The notes beneath the pieces were generated by a model. That model searched no databases. It was not told where the DNA came from and saw only the letters and a program-made list of their open reading frames with translations. From contig NIVC01003734.1 in NCBI GenBank assembly GCA_002269645.1, positions 1 through 64,000 of the forward strand: 64,000 bases of DNA, written 5' to 3'. This document shows, piece by piece, positions 26,671 through 54,613 of the stretch; positions within the stretch are counted from its first letter, which is position 1, and every line of letters starts with the position of its first letter. The stretch comes from Macrostomum lignano. Its lineage: Eukaryota. A program made the translations under genes and the position numbers.

Positions 26671-27331
26671 TTTTTGCTAAAATCGATCACATAGACACAG
26701 ACAGACCATTTTTAGTATATTGGATTGGATAAAATAGTACAAAATAAATGGCTTAAATGTACAATCACAATAATATATATATATATCTATATATATATAT
26801 ATATATGCAGCAATATGCAAAAGTAAGACACTAACTCTGGCTGCGCCGCTATATGTCACTATAAAATTCATAAATAGGTTGAAGGTTGGTAATGGCCTAC
26901 TGGGTAAGCCATAGTCAGGATCATGGCATACGTGTGCCAGAACAAATCCTATCAAAATTATTTGATTGCACCATGTGCTAAGACTTTTTTGCAAAAAAAC
27001 ACAAGCACAAAAATCTGTATTTTCCCTTTAAAAATACTAGTAAAACTTGTATTTGAATTTGTTTTGTAGAAATACAATGTTAACATATTTTAATTGAAAA
27101 AGCCACCAATATACCAGCAAATGAAAAAGTGCTAATTATGCATTAGACAATGCATTATTTGTTTTTTATTTGGCACTTCACAATATTTTTACACCTATAT
27201 TGAATTCAATCTCGCTTGACTGTTCTCAAATTCCAAGCCCATTCTCAAAATTTTGAGAATTTCTCAAAATGACCAAAAAAGGCCAAGTCTCAAAATTTTG
27301 AGATTGAGATTGAGATCTCAGTTGGACTCTA

Positions 27332-27360
27332 TCCTATATACTAAAAATGGTCTTAATAAC
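27332..27360 (+). mobile_element. Isolated Helitron 5' terminus
   Basis: A|TCCTATATACTAAAAATGG, the same terminus as X/Y/Z; no matching 3' end recognised. Confidence 0.5.
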
Positions 27361-28434
27361 AAAAGATTGATCCTAGGTATATAGCTATATAAGATCTATA
27401 GCTTTTATAGCTTTCAAGTTTTTATTCTTTAAGTAGTAGAATTAGGTTTTTTATAATTTAAATATGAAGTCTATTTTTTAAAGTATTAATCAATTTAACA
27501 AGATGAAATTTTAAAGAAGAAAGGAATAAGTTTTGATATGCTTTGCATATTGAGTACAACACATAGTTTAGGGTAGTTCTATAAGAACTGAATACATTCA
27601 AAGAAATGAAAATTGCTATACTTGGCTAAACTAATAGAGCCTATTTATGATTCTAGATTGATTTCTAATTGCCAAACAATTGTTTTATAGCATTTTTGTT
27701 TAAAGTAGCTAAAATTAGCTCTAAATTTATGCAAAAATTATAATGTTGACTAAATATTACTACTTATTACTTTTAGCCCTTGTGTTCAAACTTTAGCAAA
27801 AAAACAACACAGAGCATTGAAGAAATCAATCACAACTGGGATATTAGAAAAAATATCATAAATTATAATACTAATAGCCATAGACTTAATATGGTGCCTC
27901 TGAAACAGTTTAATTATTTGTGTCCTATTGCTTCTCTTTGGTTACAACTGGGATCATGGTTGATCAAGCTACTGCTTATTTAGAAACAAAACAATAGTTC
28001 CATTAGCAACAAGACAGTTCCATTTTTTCTAAATAAACTGCATTCAGCATTTTTATTTTTCATATGTCATTTTTGGTACAGGCTTTCTGTCTGCCTTTAA
28101 TTAACAGTAATAGTTTCTAATGTTACAACTGTTTTTAACTGGGACTACCCATTAGATTTTACCTACTTAGGAAATAAATCACTTTCATAAAATACATTTT
28201 TATAAACTTTCATACTTTCAAGGTTTAAATATGAGTGAATATTAGCCAAATTATCTTATATCCTTGTAAAATAATTCCAATTGTGGCATCAAATATATTG
28301 GACTTGGATAGTCACTGAAATTGATAAAACTTAATGATCTGCTTTGGTTTTAGCAAAATTTATATAAAAAGGTTAGGGTGAAGGTATGTATTAAAGGCAA
28401 ATATCATATAATAATCTGTGAAGTTTGGATTGCA

Positions 28435-28542
28435 ATGATGAGTGCGCAGGGGTCCAGAACCCAGGCCAGCATGTGGGCCTGGCACCCAGGAGACTGCTCT
28501 TGGGTGTGACAACCATTGCTGCCTGTTGCTTGTAGCATCTGA
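28435..28542 (+). ncRNA. Box C/D snoRNA, U6-complementary (SNORD94/U94-like), copy 1, in a probable 5'-UTR intron of PRPF8
   Basis: Box C ATGATGA 28435-28441, guide TGCGCAGGGGTC 28443-28454, D' CAGA 28455-28458, two internal hairpins, box D CTGA 28539-28542. Putative intron 28384 (gtatgt) to 28658 (tccag). Confidence 0.7.
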
Positions 28543-28678
28543 GAAAGTCCATCCCTATTTCAATTGGTTCAAGCTGATATTAAAGTACACGTACCAGTAG
28601 CCCAGCTTATACCAGCTGCAACCTGTCTCCTGTTGCTGCGTATTGAATAACAATCCAGCGCCAGCAGTCAATCCCGCC

Positions 28679-45311
<16,633 letters not shown>

Positions 45312-45517
45312 CCTGAGCCCCCGCTGTTGCCATCAACTCATCGTGTGCGCTCAACTGTCTCATTAATAGCGCACCAACCTGACCAAGGGCCATTGTGCAG
45401 TAGTGAAGAGAGCTGCGGGATTCTAGATAAATAGACTTTGGCTTGCAAGTTGCGCATGCAACTTTTTCTTTACTACAGCGGCACATCACATTATTGCTGG
45501 CTGGGAGAGCAGAACAG

Positions 45518-45870
45518 CTCTAGTGGAGCAGCAGTGCTCTATTGGAGCAGCAGTGCTCTACGCTCGTAGTGGAGCAGCAGTGCTCTAGTGGAGCAGCAGT
45601 GCTCTAGTGGAGCAGCAGTGCTCTAGTGGAGCAGCAGTGCTCTAGTGGAGCAGCAGTGCTCTAGTGGAGCAGCAGTGCTCTAGTGGAGCAGCAGTGCTCT
45701 AGTGGAGCAGCAGTGCTCTAGTGGAGCAGCAGTGCTCTAGTGGAGCAGCAGTGCTCTAGTGGAGCAGCAGTGCTCTAGTGGAGCAGCAGTGCTCTAGTGG
45801 AGTAGCAGTGCTCTAGTGGAGCAGCAGTGCTCTAGTGGGGCAGCAGTGCTCTAGTGGAGCAGCAGTGCTT
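45518..45870. repeat. 19-bp tandem repeat downstream of PRPF8
   Basis: Unit CTCTAGTGGAGCAGCAGTG. Confidence 0.95.
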
Positions 45871-46419
45871 TGCTAAATTTTGATGAGTCTGTTAAAAACT
45901 GGGGTTATTCAGTTGACTCTTATTGTTGTTATTATTCGATTTTGACCTTCATTTGTCCGGTTCGTTCACCACCACCACCAACCCCCACTGTGTTTTCTGT
46001 TTTAATGTAATTTATTATGCAGTTCCCTCTATTGCACCGGCCGCCTCCTGTTGCCCTCGCCTACCCAGCACTCTCTGCTTGTTCGTGTACAAACTCGAAT
46101 GCCCCCCCCCCCCCCCCCAGCTGAGCAATCCGGTGCGGCCAGCATTGCTGTTGAGGCCGAACTTTTTATAACAACTCTGTGCGCTGGGCCTCGGCCGCCT
46201 CTTCTGCGTTCATCGGTGTCATATTTTACTCTATTAATTCTGTAGCCTCTGCTTACTCTGCTCGGAGTTTCTCGATATAAATAAAATGAACTTGTTTGTC
46301 CCCAGCACCCACTGAGTGCCCCCTGCTGGCACCGACTGTGTCTGTCCGTTTAAACTGCTGCAAGGACTGGCTTTGCTCAGCTGATTGCTCATTTTGTCTG
46401 CGACAGCCGGCGAGGGCAT

Positions 46420-46830
46420 TGAGACCAATGCTTATGGATACTGAGGCTGATGCTTACGGATACTGAGACCAATGCTTATGGATACTGAGGCTGATGCTTA
46501 CGGATACTGAGACCAATGCTTATGGATACTGAGGCTAATCTAAACACAGACACTACTTAGACTCTATGGCAGACTACTTAGACAGGCACTAATTAGACAC
46601 TAAGACAGACACTACTTAGACACTAAGACAGACACTACTTAGACAGGAACTAATTAGACACTAAGACAGACACTACTTAGACAGGAACTAATTAGACACT
46701 AAGACAGACACTACTTCGACACTAAGACAGACACTACTTAGACAGGAACTAATTAGACACTAAGACAGACACTACTTAGACACTAAGACAGACACTACTT
46801 AGACGCTATGACAGACGCTATGAGACGGGC
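46420..46830. repeat. Two short adjacent tandem repeats
   Basis: GCTTATGGATACTGAG-type units followed by CACTAAGACAGACACTACTTAGA-type units. Confidence 0.85.
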
Positions 46831-47159
46831 ATGCACTTATCAAACTAATACTTAAGCTACAGAAAGGAAGGAAAGGCAGACAGTCTGGCGCAGATATGCA
46901 TTAGAAAAACAGTCTGGCGCAGATATGCATTAGCAAAACAGTCTCGCTCAACATGTCGAGTTGGGAAAATGAGTCAGGCTTATCGTGAAGAGGCTTAGCA
47001 GTTGCTGATAGCACGGATTAAGGCATGCACTGGAGTGTAATATGCTTTTATATTTTACTGCTTCTTTGGCCAAAGGAAGGCAGCGGCGGAGTGGGCTTAA
47101 AGTAGAGATGCGTGCTGGGTTATGTACATGCGGGCAGTCAGTGCTGGGTGTCTGCGGCG

Positions 47160-47471
47160 TCACCAGATGCCCGGCGGCTTCCTCGGCGGCACCTTCTTGG
47201 GCCACCGGCTGCGCCGCCGCTTCGAGCGGGCCGCCGCTGCCCTGCTGGCTCGGCGGTGGACTGCGGCGGCTGACAGCGGAGCGGCGTCAGCTTCGACGGC
47301 AAGGCGCTGGCGGATCAGAGGCCAACGCTGGGCGGCCGTCATCAGGGAGGCCCCGTCGGCCGGAGCTGCATCGGCGGCGGGCGCGGAGGCAGCCAGCAGG
47401 GCGCAGAGGCAGCAGCAGGCGAAGATGGGCAGGAGCGGGGAGCAGTCGGAGAGTCGGTGCTGGGAGCGCAT
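47160..47471 (-). CDS. Small secreted precursor with a cationic Arg/Pro/Trp-rich C-terminus (103 aa)
   Basis: ATG-started single ORF; hydrophobic signal-like LLPIFACCCLCALLAASAPA; Ala/Asp-rich spacer; C-terminal RSKRRRSRWPKKVPPRKPPGIW; upstream TATA-like TATTTAT. Confidence 0.6.
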   Translation of the reverse strand: MRSQHRLSDCSPLLPIFACCCLCALLAASAPAADAAPADGASLMTAAQRWPLIRQRLAVEADAAPLSAAAVHRRASRAAAARSKRRRSRWPKKVPPRKPPGIW

Positions 47472-47562
47472 GTCGGTGACCTTGAAGTGTCAGCGGCTCA
47501 GTGGCTTCAGGCGGCTGGCTCGGCGAGTTGTCGATGCGAGTTCTGCCGCTCGCCTGCCACGC

Positions 47563-47788
47563 ATAAATAGAGAAATCCAGAGCTGCCCTCCCCCCGCCGC
47601 CAGTGGTTGCTGGCCTGAGTCACTGGCGCGCCAAGATTTGAAATCTGAGTCAGGCCTGGGGAGGGAGGGGAAGAGGCGGGATGGAGAATCAAGGACGCGG
47701 ATCTGGAGTCAGGCGAGTGCGGGGGCTGGCTGGCTCCGTGACTCATCCGCTGCGTGTGCGCTTGAAAGTCCGCGTCCTTGATCACGTG
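47563..47788 (-). promoter_or_regulatory. Candidate promoter of the secreted peptide gene
   Basis: TATTTAT 47569-47563 (minus strand); AP-1 sites at 47616, 47646, 47739; E-box CACGTG 47783-47788. Confidence 0.5.
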
Positions 47789-48598
47789 ACGGCTGCTTAG
47801 TAGGAGTCGCCAAAAATAGTCGGGTGGGCGCACACTTGGCCTTATGAGACGGGGCAGCTCAGCCTGGACGAGCAAAGTGAGCAGGTTGTGACACACCTGC
47901 GATAAGGGCCGGCTCGCCCACGCAGGTCCCAAATTCGTGCAGAACTGCGTGGTCGCCCTGCCAGGAGGATCCTTGATCGCCAACAGTGGAACTTTCAACA
48001 GCGAATGCATTTTGACAAAGATTTTTGACTTCAACAGGTTAAGAGCCAACTTGAAAAACTGAGCTCAAATGTGTGGTAGGGCGGTTTTTAAAAATGCTTA
48101 GTTTAGATTATAAGCTGATTTTTATGTACGCTCGTAGCTTTAAGCCGATCGATTTGATCAATAATTAATGACTAATTAATTATATTATTAGTTTTTAATT
48201 GTAAAAATCGTAAACACGCGCCAGAGACAACAGTAAACACGCGCCACGAGCCCAGCTTCAATGTCCTTTGAAAGCCAGAAAGGCAGTTGAAGTCGTTTCC
48301 GTAAATTAAAAGTGCACCCACTCAAAGTTCCGTGAAAGTCTCAATAATTCTAGGCCTCCAACGCTCGGTACACAGGCTAACAGACAAGGTTAATATCATC
48401 AAACACGTCATCCTCAGTGTCGTTTCCACCCCAAATGCTAATTATAGATCTCCTTGGCTTTATCGCGTTGTTATCGTCTATGGCACTCGTGCAATCGTCC
48501 CGAGACGTTGACAACGCTCAGAATTCGGGGTAATCCCCCATTTTCATGCACACTAAACCGCACGGGCACTCAGCACTCCTATCGGACACCGCGCACTC

Positions 48599-48895
48599 AT
48601 GGCGACTCCGCAGCGCTCCTGGCTGCTGGCTGTCGCCTTCTGCTGCCTGGCCGCTCTCGGCTCGCTGCAGCCGCTGCCGCAGAACTCCAGCAGCCTCCAG
48701 CGCAACGGCACCCTCCATCTGGCTCCGACTCCAGCCAGCGGCGTCAAAAATTTCATCGGTCGCGACTTCCGCCTGCCGGAGAGCCGGTCGATGAACACCA
48801 GCTGGTACATCATTCTGCTGTGGACCGTTTCTGTCCTGCTGGCCAGCCTCGTCATTCTGGTGGCTTTCGTCTTCGTGCAGCAGTTCCTGCTGTAG
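48599..48895 (+). CDS. 98-aa membrane glycoprotein (signal peptide, 3 N-glycosylation sequons, C-terminal hydrophobic helix)
   Basis: WLLAVAFCCLAALGS signal; NSS, NGT, NTS sequons; WYIILLWTVSVLLASLVILVAFVFV near the C-terminus; GC-rich coding-like codon usage. Confidence 0.65.
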   Translation: MATPQRSWLLAVAFCCLAALGSLQPLPQNSSSLQRNGTLHLAPTPASGVKNFIGRDFRLPESRSMNTSWYIILLWTVSVLLASLVILVAFVFVQQFLL

Positions 48896-48904
48896 CCATC
48901 TGCG

Positions 48905-49305
48905 GGTCACGCCTGTGTCAGACTGGGTCACGCCTGTGTCAGACTGGGCCACGCCTGTGTCAGACTGGGTCACGCCTGTGTCAGACTGGGTCACGCCTGT
49001 GTCAGACTGGGTCACGCCTGTGTCAGACTGGGTCACGCCTGTGTCAGACTGGGTCACGCCTGTGTCAGACTGGGTCACGCCTGTGTCAGACTGCGTCACG
49101 CCTGTGTCAGACTGGGTCACGCCTGTGTCAGACTGGGTCACGCCTGTGTCAGACTGGGTCACGCCTGTGTCAGACTGCGTCACGCCTGTGTCAGACTGGG
49201 TCACGCCTGTGTCAGACTGCGTCACGCCTGTGTCAGACTGGGTCACGCCTGTGTCAGACTGGGTCACGCCTGTGTCAGACTGGGTCACGCCTGTGTCAGA
49301 CTGGA
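48905..49305. repeat. 21-bp tandem repeat
   Basis: Unit GGGTCACGCCTGTGTCAGACT. Confidence 0.95.
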
Positions 49306-49688
49306 CCTATTTACTATCTACTACTTACTACCAGTCTTGTACGAGCTAAACAGTTTAAATTTATGCATGCTAAAAGTAATTTATCATTTTTATCAGTAAA
49401 CGTGTATCTGGTTCTGCACCCACATCCGGTATCAACTGTGTAATTTACGCTTATTAATGAATTGCACTAAAGTAAGAAAGTAAATTGCTACTCACCAGAT
49501 GCTATTTATAGCACTCCCAGCCAGCCAGGTCTCCTACTGTCTATGGCCAAGCCTGCGTGAAAACTGCCAGGCCCCAGGCTTCATAAAGCAAAACTGTAGG
49601 CAGCATATTGAAGGCACTGAGGTCTCGGCGCTCCTTGATTTTCTTCGAATTCAGACCTGCCAAGCTCCACTACCGATCGACATCACGG

Positions 49689-52600
49689 ATGCCGCGGCTG
49701 CGTCCACCGTCCTCGGCCAGGCGGACCTGGTGCCCGGCCAGGTCCCGCCAGCTTGCCATGCCCGGTGAGTCTGCGTGAGTCTGTGAGTGAATCTGAGTCT
49801 GCCCTGCTCTGCGTCATGTAAAATAATGAGCTGCTCATTCATACTCAGCTCTGCCCCATGTCCGTATTTGCTTTTCTCCCCAATCCCAATTGTATTTTCT
49901 GAGGGATGCTGAAGAGAGTGAACACACTGGCACACAGCAGACTGGCACACTTCAGACTGGCACACAGCAGACTGGCATGCAGCAGACTGGCACACAGCAG
50001 ACTGGCATGCAGCAGACTGGCACACAACATACTGGCACACTTCAGACTGGCACACTTCAAACTGGCACGCTTCAGACTGGCACAGTTCAGACTGGCACAC
50101 TTCAGACTGGCACACAGCAGACTGGCACACTTCAAACTGGCACACTTCAGACTGGCACACAGCAGACTGGCACACAGCAGACTGACATACAGCAGACTGG
50201 CACACAGATCAGACTGGCATGCAGCAGACTGGCACACAGCAGACTGGCACACAGCAGACTGGCACACAGCAGACTGGCACACAGCAGACTGGCATGCAGC
50301 AGACTGGCACACAGCAGACTGGCATGCAGCAGACTGGCACAACTGGCACACTCTCACAACTGCAGAAATTTCCTCGGAGGAGCCGCTGCCCGCCCTGTCC
50401 AGCAACCGGCACTGCAGTTCCAAGCCGCAGAAGCCGGTTAACCCCCCGCCGCCAGTTGAGCCCAGCATCTCGCCGGCTGCCGAGGAGGCGCTGCAGGAGG
50501 AGCCGTCACTGTCGGAAATTCCCGAGGAGTCGCCTCAGCCGCCACCGCCGCCGAGAAAGAAACCTGCGAAAAAGGAGGGCCTGGACTTCTCCTACCTGAA
50601 AGACGGCCTGACGGCTGACGGCCCGCAGGATCCGGAGGAGAAGGAGGCGCGCAAGTGAGATGGCCGCAGATGAGCTGGAACCTGACCCACTCAGTCCTGA
50701 CCCACTCAGTCCTGACCCACTCACCCCTGACCCACTCACCCCTGACCCACTCACCCCTGACCCACTCACCCTGACCCACTCACCCCTGACCCACTCACCC
50801 CTGACCCACTCACCCCTGACCCACTCACCCTTGACCCACTCACCCCTGACCCACTCACCCCTGACCCACTCACCCCTGACCCACTCACCCCTGACCCACT
50901 CACCCCTGACCCACTCACCCCTGACCCACTCACCCCTGACCCACTCACCCCTGACCCACTCACCCCTTACCCACTCACCCCTGACCCACTCACCCCTGAC
51001 CCACTCACCCATGACCCACTCACCCATAACCCACTCACCCATGACCCACTCACCCCTGACCCACTCACCCCTGACCCAATCACCCCTGACCCACTCACCC
51101 CTGACCCACACACTCCCAACCCACTCACCCATGACCCACTCACTCCCAACCCACTCACCCATGACCCACTCACCCCGACCCACTCACCCCTGACCCACTC
51201 ACCCCTGACCCACTCAGTCCTATCTCACTCAGTCCTAACTCACTCAGTCCTAACCCACTCAGTCCTAACCCACTCACCCCTGACCCACTCACCCCTGACC
51301 CACTCACCCCTGACCCACTCACCCCTGACCCACTCACCCATAACCCACTCACCCATGACCCACACACTCCCAACCCACTCACCCATAACCCACTCACCCC
51401 TGACCCACACACTCCCAACCCACTCACCATGACCCACTCACTCCCAACCCACTCACCCATGACCCACTCACTCCCAACCCACTCACCCATGACCCACACA
51501 CTCCCAACCCACTCACCCATAACCCACTCACCCATGACCCACTCACTCCCAACCCACTCACCCATAACCCACTCACCCATGACCCACACACTCCCAACCC
51601 ACTCACCCATGACCCACTCACTCCCAACCCACTCACCCCTGACCCACTCACCCCTGACCCACTCACCCCTGACCCACTCACCCCTGACCCACTCACCCAT
51701 GACCCACTCACCCCTGACCCACTCACCCCTGACCCACACACTCCCAACCCACTCACCCCTGACCCACACACTCCCAACCCACTCACCCATGACCCACTCA
51801 CTCCCAACCCACTCACCCATGACCCACTCACCCCGACCCACTCACCCCTGACCCACTCACCCCTGACCCACTCAGTCCTATCTCACTCAGTCCTAACTCA
51901 CTCAGTCCTAACCCACTCAGTCCTAACCCACTCACCCCTGACCCACTCACCCCTGACCCACTCACCCCTGACCCACTCACCCCTGACCCACTCACCCATA
52001 ACCCACTCACCCATGACCCACACACTCCCAACCCACTCACCCATAACCCACTCACCCCTGACCCACACACTCCCAACCCACTCACCCATGACCCACTCAC
52101 TCCCAACCCACTCACCCATGACCCACTCACTCCCAACCCACTCACCCATGACCCACACACTCCCAACCCACTCACCCATAACCCACTCACCCATGACCCA
52201 CTCACTCCCAACCCACTCACCCATAACCCACTCACCCATGACCCACACACTCCCAACCCACTCACCCATGACCCACTCACTCCCAACCCACTCACCCCTG
52301 ACCCACTCACCCCTGACCCACTCACCCCTGACCCACTCACCCCTGACCCACTCACCCCTGACCCACTCACCCCTGACCCACTCACCCTGACCCACACACT
52401 CCCAACCCACTCACCCCTGACCCACACACTTCCAACCCACTCACCCCTGACCCACTCACCCCTAACCCACTCACCCCTGACCCACTCACCCCTGACCCAC
52501 TCACCCCTGACCCACACACTCCCAACCCACTCACCCATGACCCACTCACTCCCAACCCACACACTCCCAACCCACTCACCCATGACCCACTCACTCCCAA

Positions 52601-54613
52601 CCCACTCACCCCTGACCCACACACTCCCAACCCACTCACCCCTGACCCACTCACCCCTGACCCACTCACCCTGACCCACTCACCCCTGACCCACTCACCC
52701 CTGACCCACTCACCCCTGACCCACTCACCCCTGACCCACTCACCCCTTACCCACTCACCCCTGACCCACTCACCCATAATCCACTCACCCATGACCCACT
52801 CACTCCCAACCCAATCGCACCGACCCGCAGAGCAGCGCTGGGGTCGGTGGAGGCCGCACTCAAGGTCGCGCAGGCCCGAGCCGATCGCCTCGCCGAGTTG
52901 GCGGCGGATTCGACCGGCGACGCTCGCGGCCGCTGCGCCACGCTGGAGGAGGCCCGCCAGCTCAAGCAGTGCATCGCCGGCCTGGGCGAGATTTTGAGCT
53001 GCCTCCGCCGCAGGCAGCCAGCCGTCTTGAGTCACAGGGAGACCGGGCGGTGCTGCGGCCGCGGCTGGCCGACTGTCCGCACAGCGGCCGAGACCGCCTG
53101 GCCGAGCTGCGGAGCCGCTACGAACGGAGCCTCCTGCTGACACCGGCTGACGTCAGGTGAGCTTGGGGCTCAGCCTCATCCTTGACTCAGCCTCTCCTGT
53201 GCCTCATCCTTGACTCAGCCTCTTCTGTGCCTCATCCTTGGCTCAGCCTCTCCCGTGCCTCATCCTTGGCTCAGTCATTTTGTAGTGTAGACACAAGCCT
53301 ATTCACTCGCAGATGCAATCGATGCAGCTCCAGCTCTGCATGTCAGGCCAGGCTCCTACTCTTAAAACTTGTGTAACAGCCAAAGTTTCAGAGGTCAAGG
53401 CAACCAAACTGGCAATGAAAAATTGTCTTAGCTGGTATTGAAATCGCTCAGTTTAGCCTTCTAGACATTTGCGTTTCTTTCTAAATAAATGCAGATGCGT
53501 CAGCTCTGTCCTTCCGTGTCAGATCCCGCGCTTTTTCTGTTGCTTCCTGGTTTCTGCGCCTCGCCCCCCGTCAGTAAGCGTTGAAACTGCTGGAGTCCCA
53601 TAGGAGTCCCATAGGAGTCCCATAGGAGTCCCATAGGAATCTCATAGGAGTCCCATAGGAGTCTCATAGGAGTCTCACAGGAATCCCATAGGAGTCCCAT
53701 AGGAGTCCCATAGGAGTCCCACAGGAGTCCCATAGGAGTCCCATAGGAGTCCCATAGGAGTCCCATAGGAGTCCCATAGGAATCTCATAGGAGTCCCATA
53801 GGAGTCTCATAGGAGTCTCACAGGAATCCCATAGGAGTCCCATAGGAGTCCCATAGGAGTCCCATAGGAGTCCCATAGGAGTCCCATAGGAGTCCCATAG
53901 GAGTCTCATAGGAGTCTCACAGGAATCCCATAGGAGTCCCATAGGAGTCCCATAGGAGTCCCATAGGAGTCCCATAGAAGTCCCATAGGAGTCCCATAGG
54001 AGTCCCATAGGTGTCCCATAGGAGTCCCATAGGAGTCCCATAGGAGTCCCATAGGAGTCTCGTAGGAGTCTCACAGGAATCCCACAGGAGTCCCATAGGA
54101 GTCTCATAGGTGTCTCATAGGAAAGTCGCGACGCCTGTACAACCCGACGATGAGAAAGTCGGGACGGCTGTGTACAGCCTGGCGATGAGAAAGTCGGGAT
54201 GGTTGTGTACAGCCTGGCGATGAGAAAGTCGGGATGGTTGTGTACAGCCTGGCGATGAGAAAGTCGGGATGGTTGTGTACAGCCTGGCGATGAGAAAGTC
54301 GTGACGGCTGTGTACAGCCTGGCGATGAGAAAGTCGTGACGGCTGTGTACAGCCTGGCGATGAGAAAGTCATGACGGCTGTGTACAGCCTGGCGATGAGA
54401 AAGTGGCCTCCTCGCTGGCTGCTGCCAACCGAGCTGAACCGCCTCCTCCCCGCCTTCCAGCTGGCCGTTCGTCCACCTGATCGCCCCGGCCTGGCCGGCT
54501 CCACCCAGCGCCGCGGAGGCCTGCCGCTCGTTGGCCAACGACTGCGGGAGCGCCTGACGACCGAGGCACCTCGGCAACCTGGCCGCCCAGAAACAGAATT
54601 TTTTACAGACTGA
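49689..54613 (+). CDS. Uncharacterised multi-exon gene (Pro/Glu-rich region plus helical region), tentative model
   Basis: Phase-compatible exons 49689-49764, 50366-50654, 52831-53156, 53495-53573, 54461-54613; needs a 1-nt frame correction at the T-run 52992-52995; true start uncertain. Confidence 0.4.
49925..50350. repeat. 15-bp intronic tandem repeat
   Basis: Unit CAGACTGGCACACAG with variants. Confidence 0.95.
50680..52812. repeat. 15-bp C-rich intronic satellite with higher-order blocks
   Basis: Unit ACCCACTCACCCCTG with recurring variant blocks. Confidence 0.95.
53592..54120. repeat. 11-bp intronic tandem repeat
   Basis: Unit GGAGTCCCATA. Confidence 0.95.
54135..54405. repeat. 35-bp intronic tandem repeat
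   Basis: Unit GTGTACAGCCTGGCGATGAGAAAGTCGGGATGGTT. Confidence 0.95.

Larger units (their letters stand above)
21067..26729 (-). mobile_element. Non-autonomous Helitron copy X, interrupted by copy Z
   Basis: 5' end A|TCCAATCCAATATACTAAAAATGG at 26729; body resumes at 23838; 3' hairpin GCGCCCCGAAGGGGGCCGC near 21075-21095 abuts the 5' end of Y. Confidence 0.7.

Noticed and set aside
19020-26680. CRISPR array or proteins (GDACYL, LLLINQG, KEPPC repeat ORFs)
   Set aside because: Head-to-tail tandem repeats with no unique spacers; the ORFs are by-products of stop-poor units with lengths divisible by 3 inside Helitrons.
28372-28380. Telomeric TTAGGG
   Set aside because: Single occurrence, no array.
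48454-54504. Repeat ORFs such as VTQSDTG, THSPL, GEWVR, CQSAV, MGLLWDSYG
   Set aside because: Translations of 10-35-bp satellites in several frames with no supported start or unique domain.
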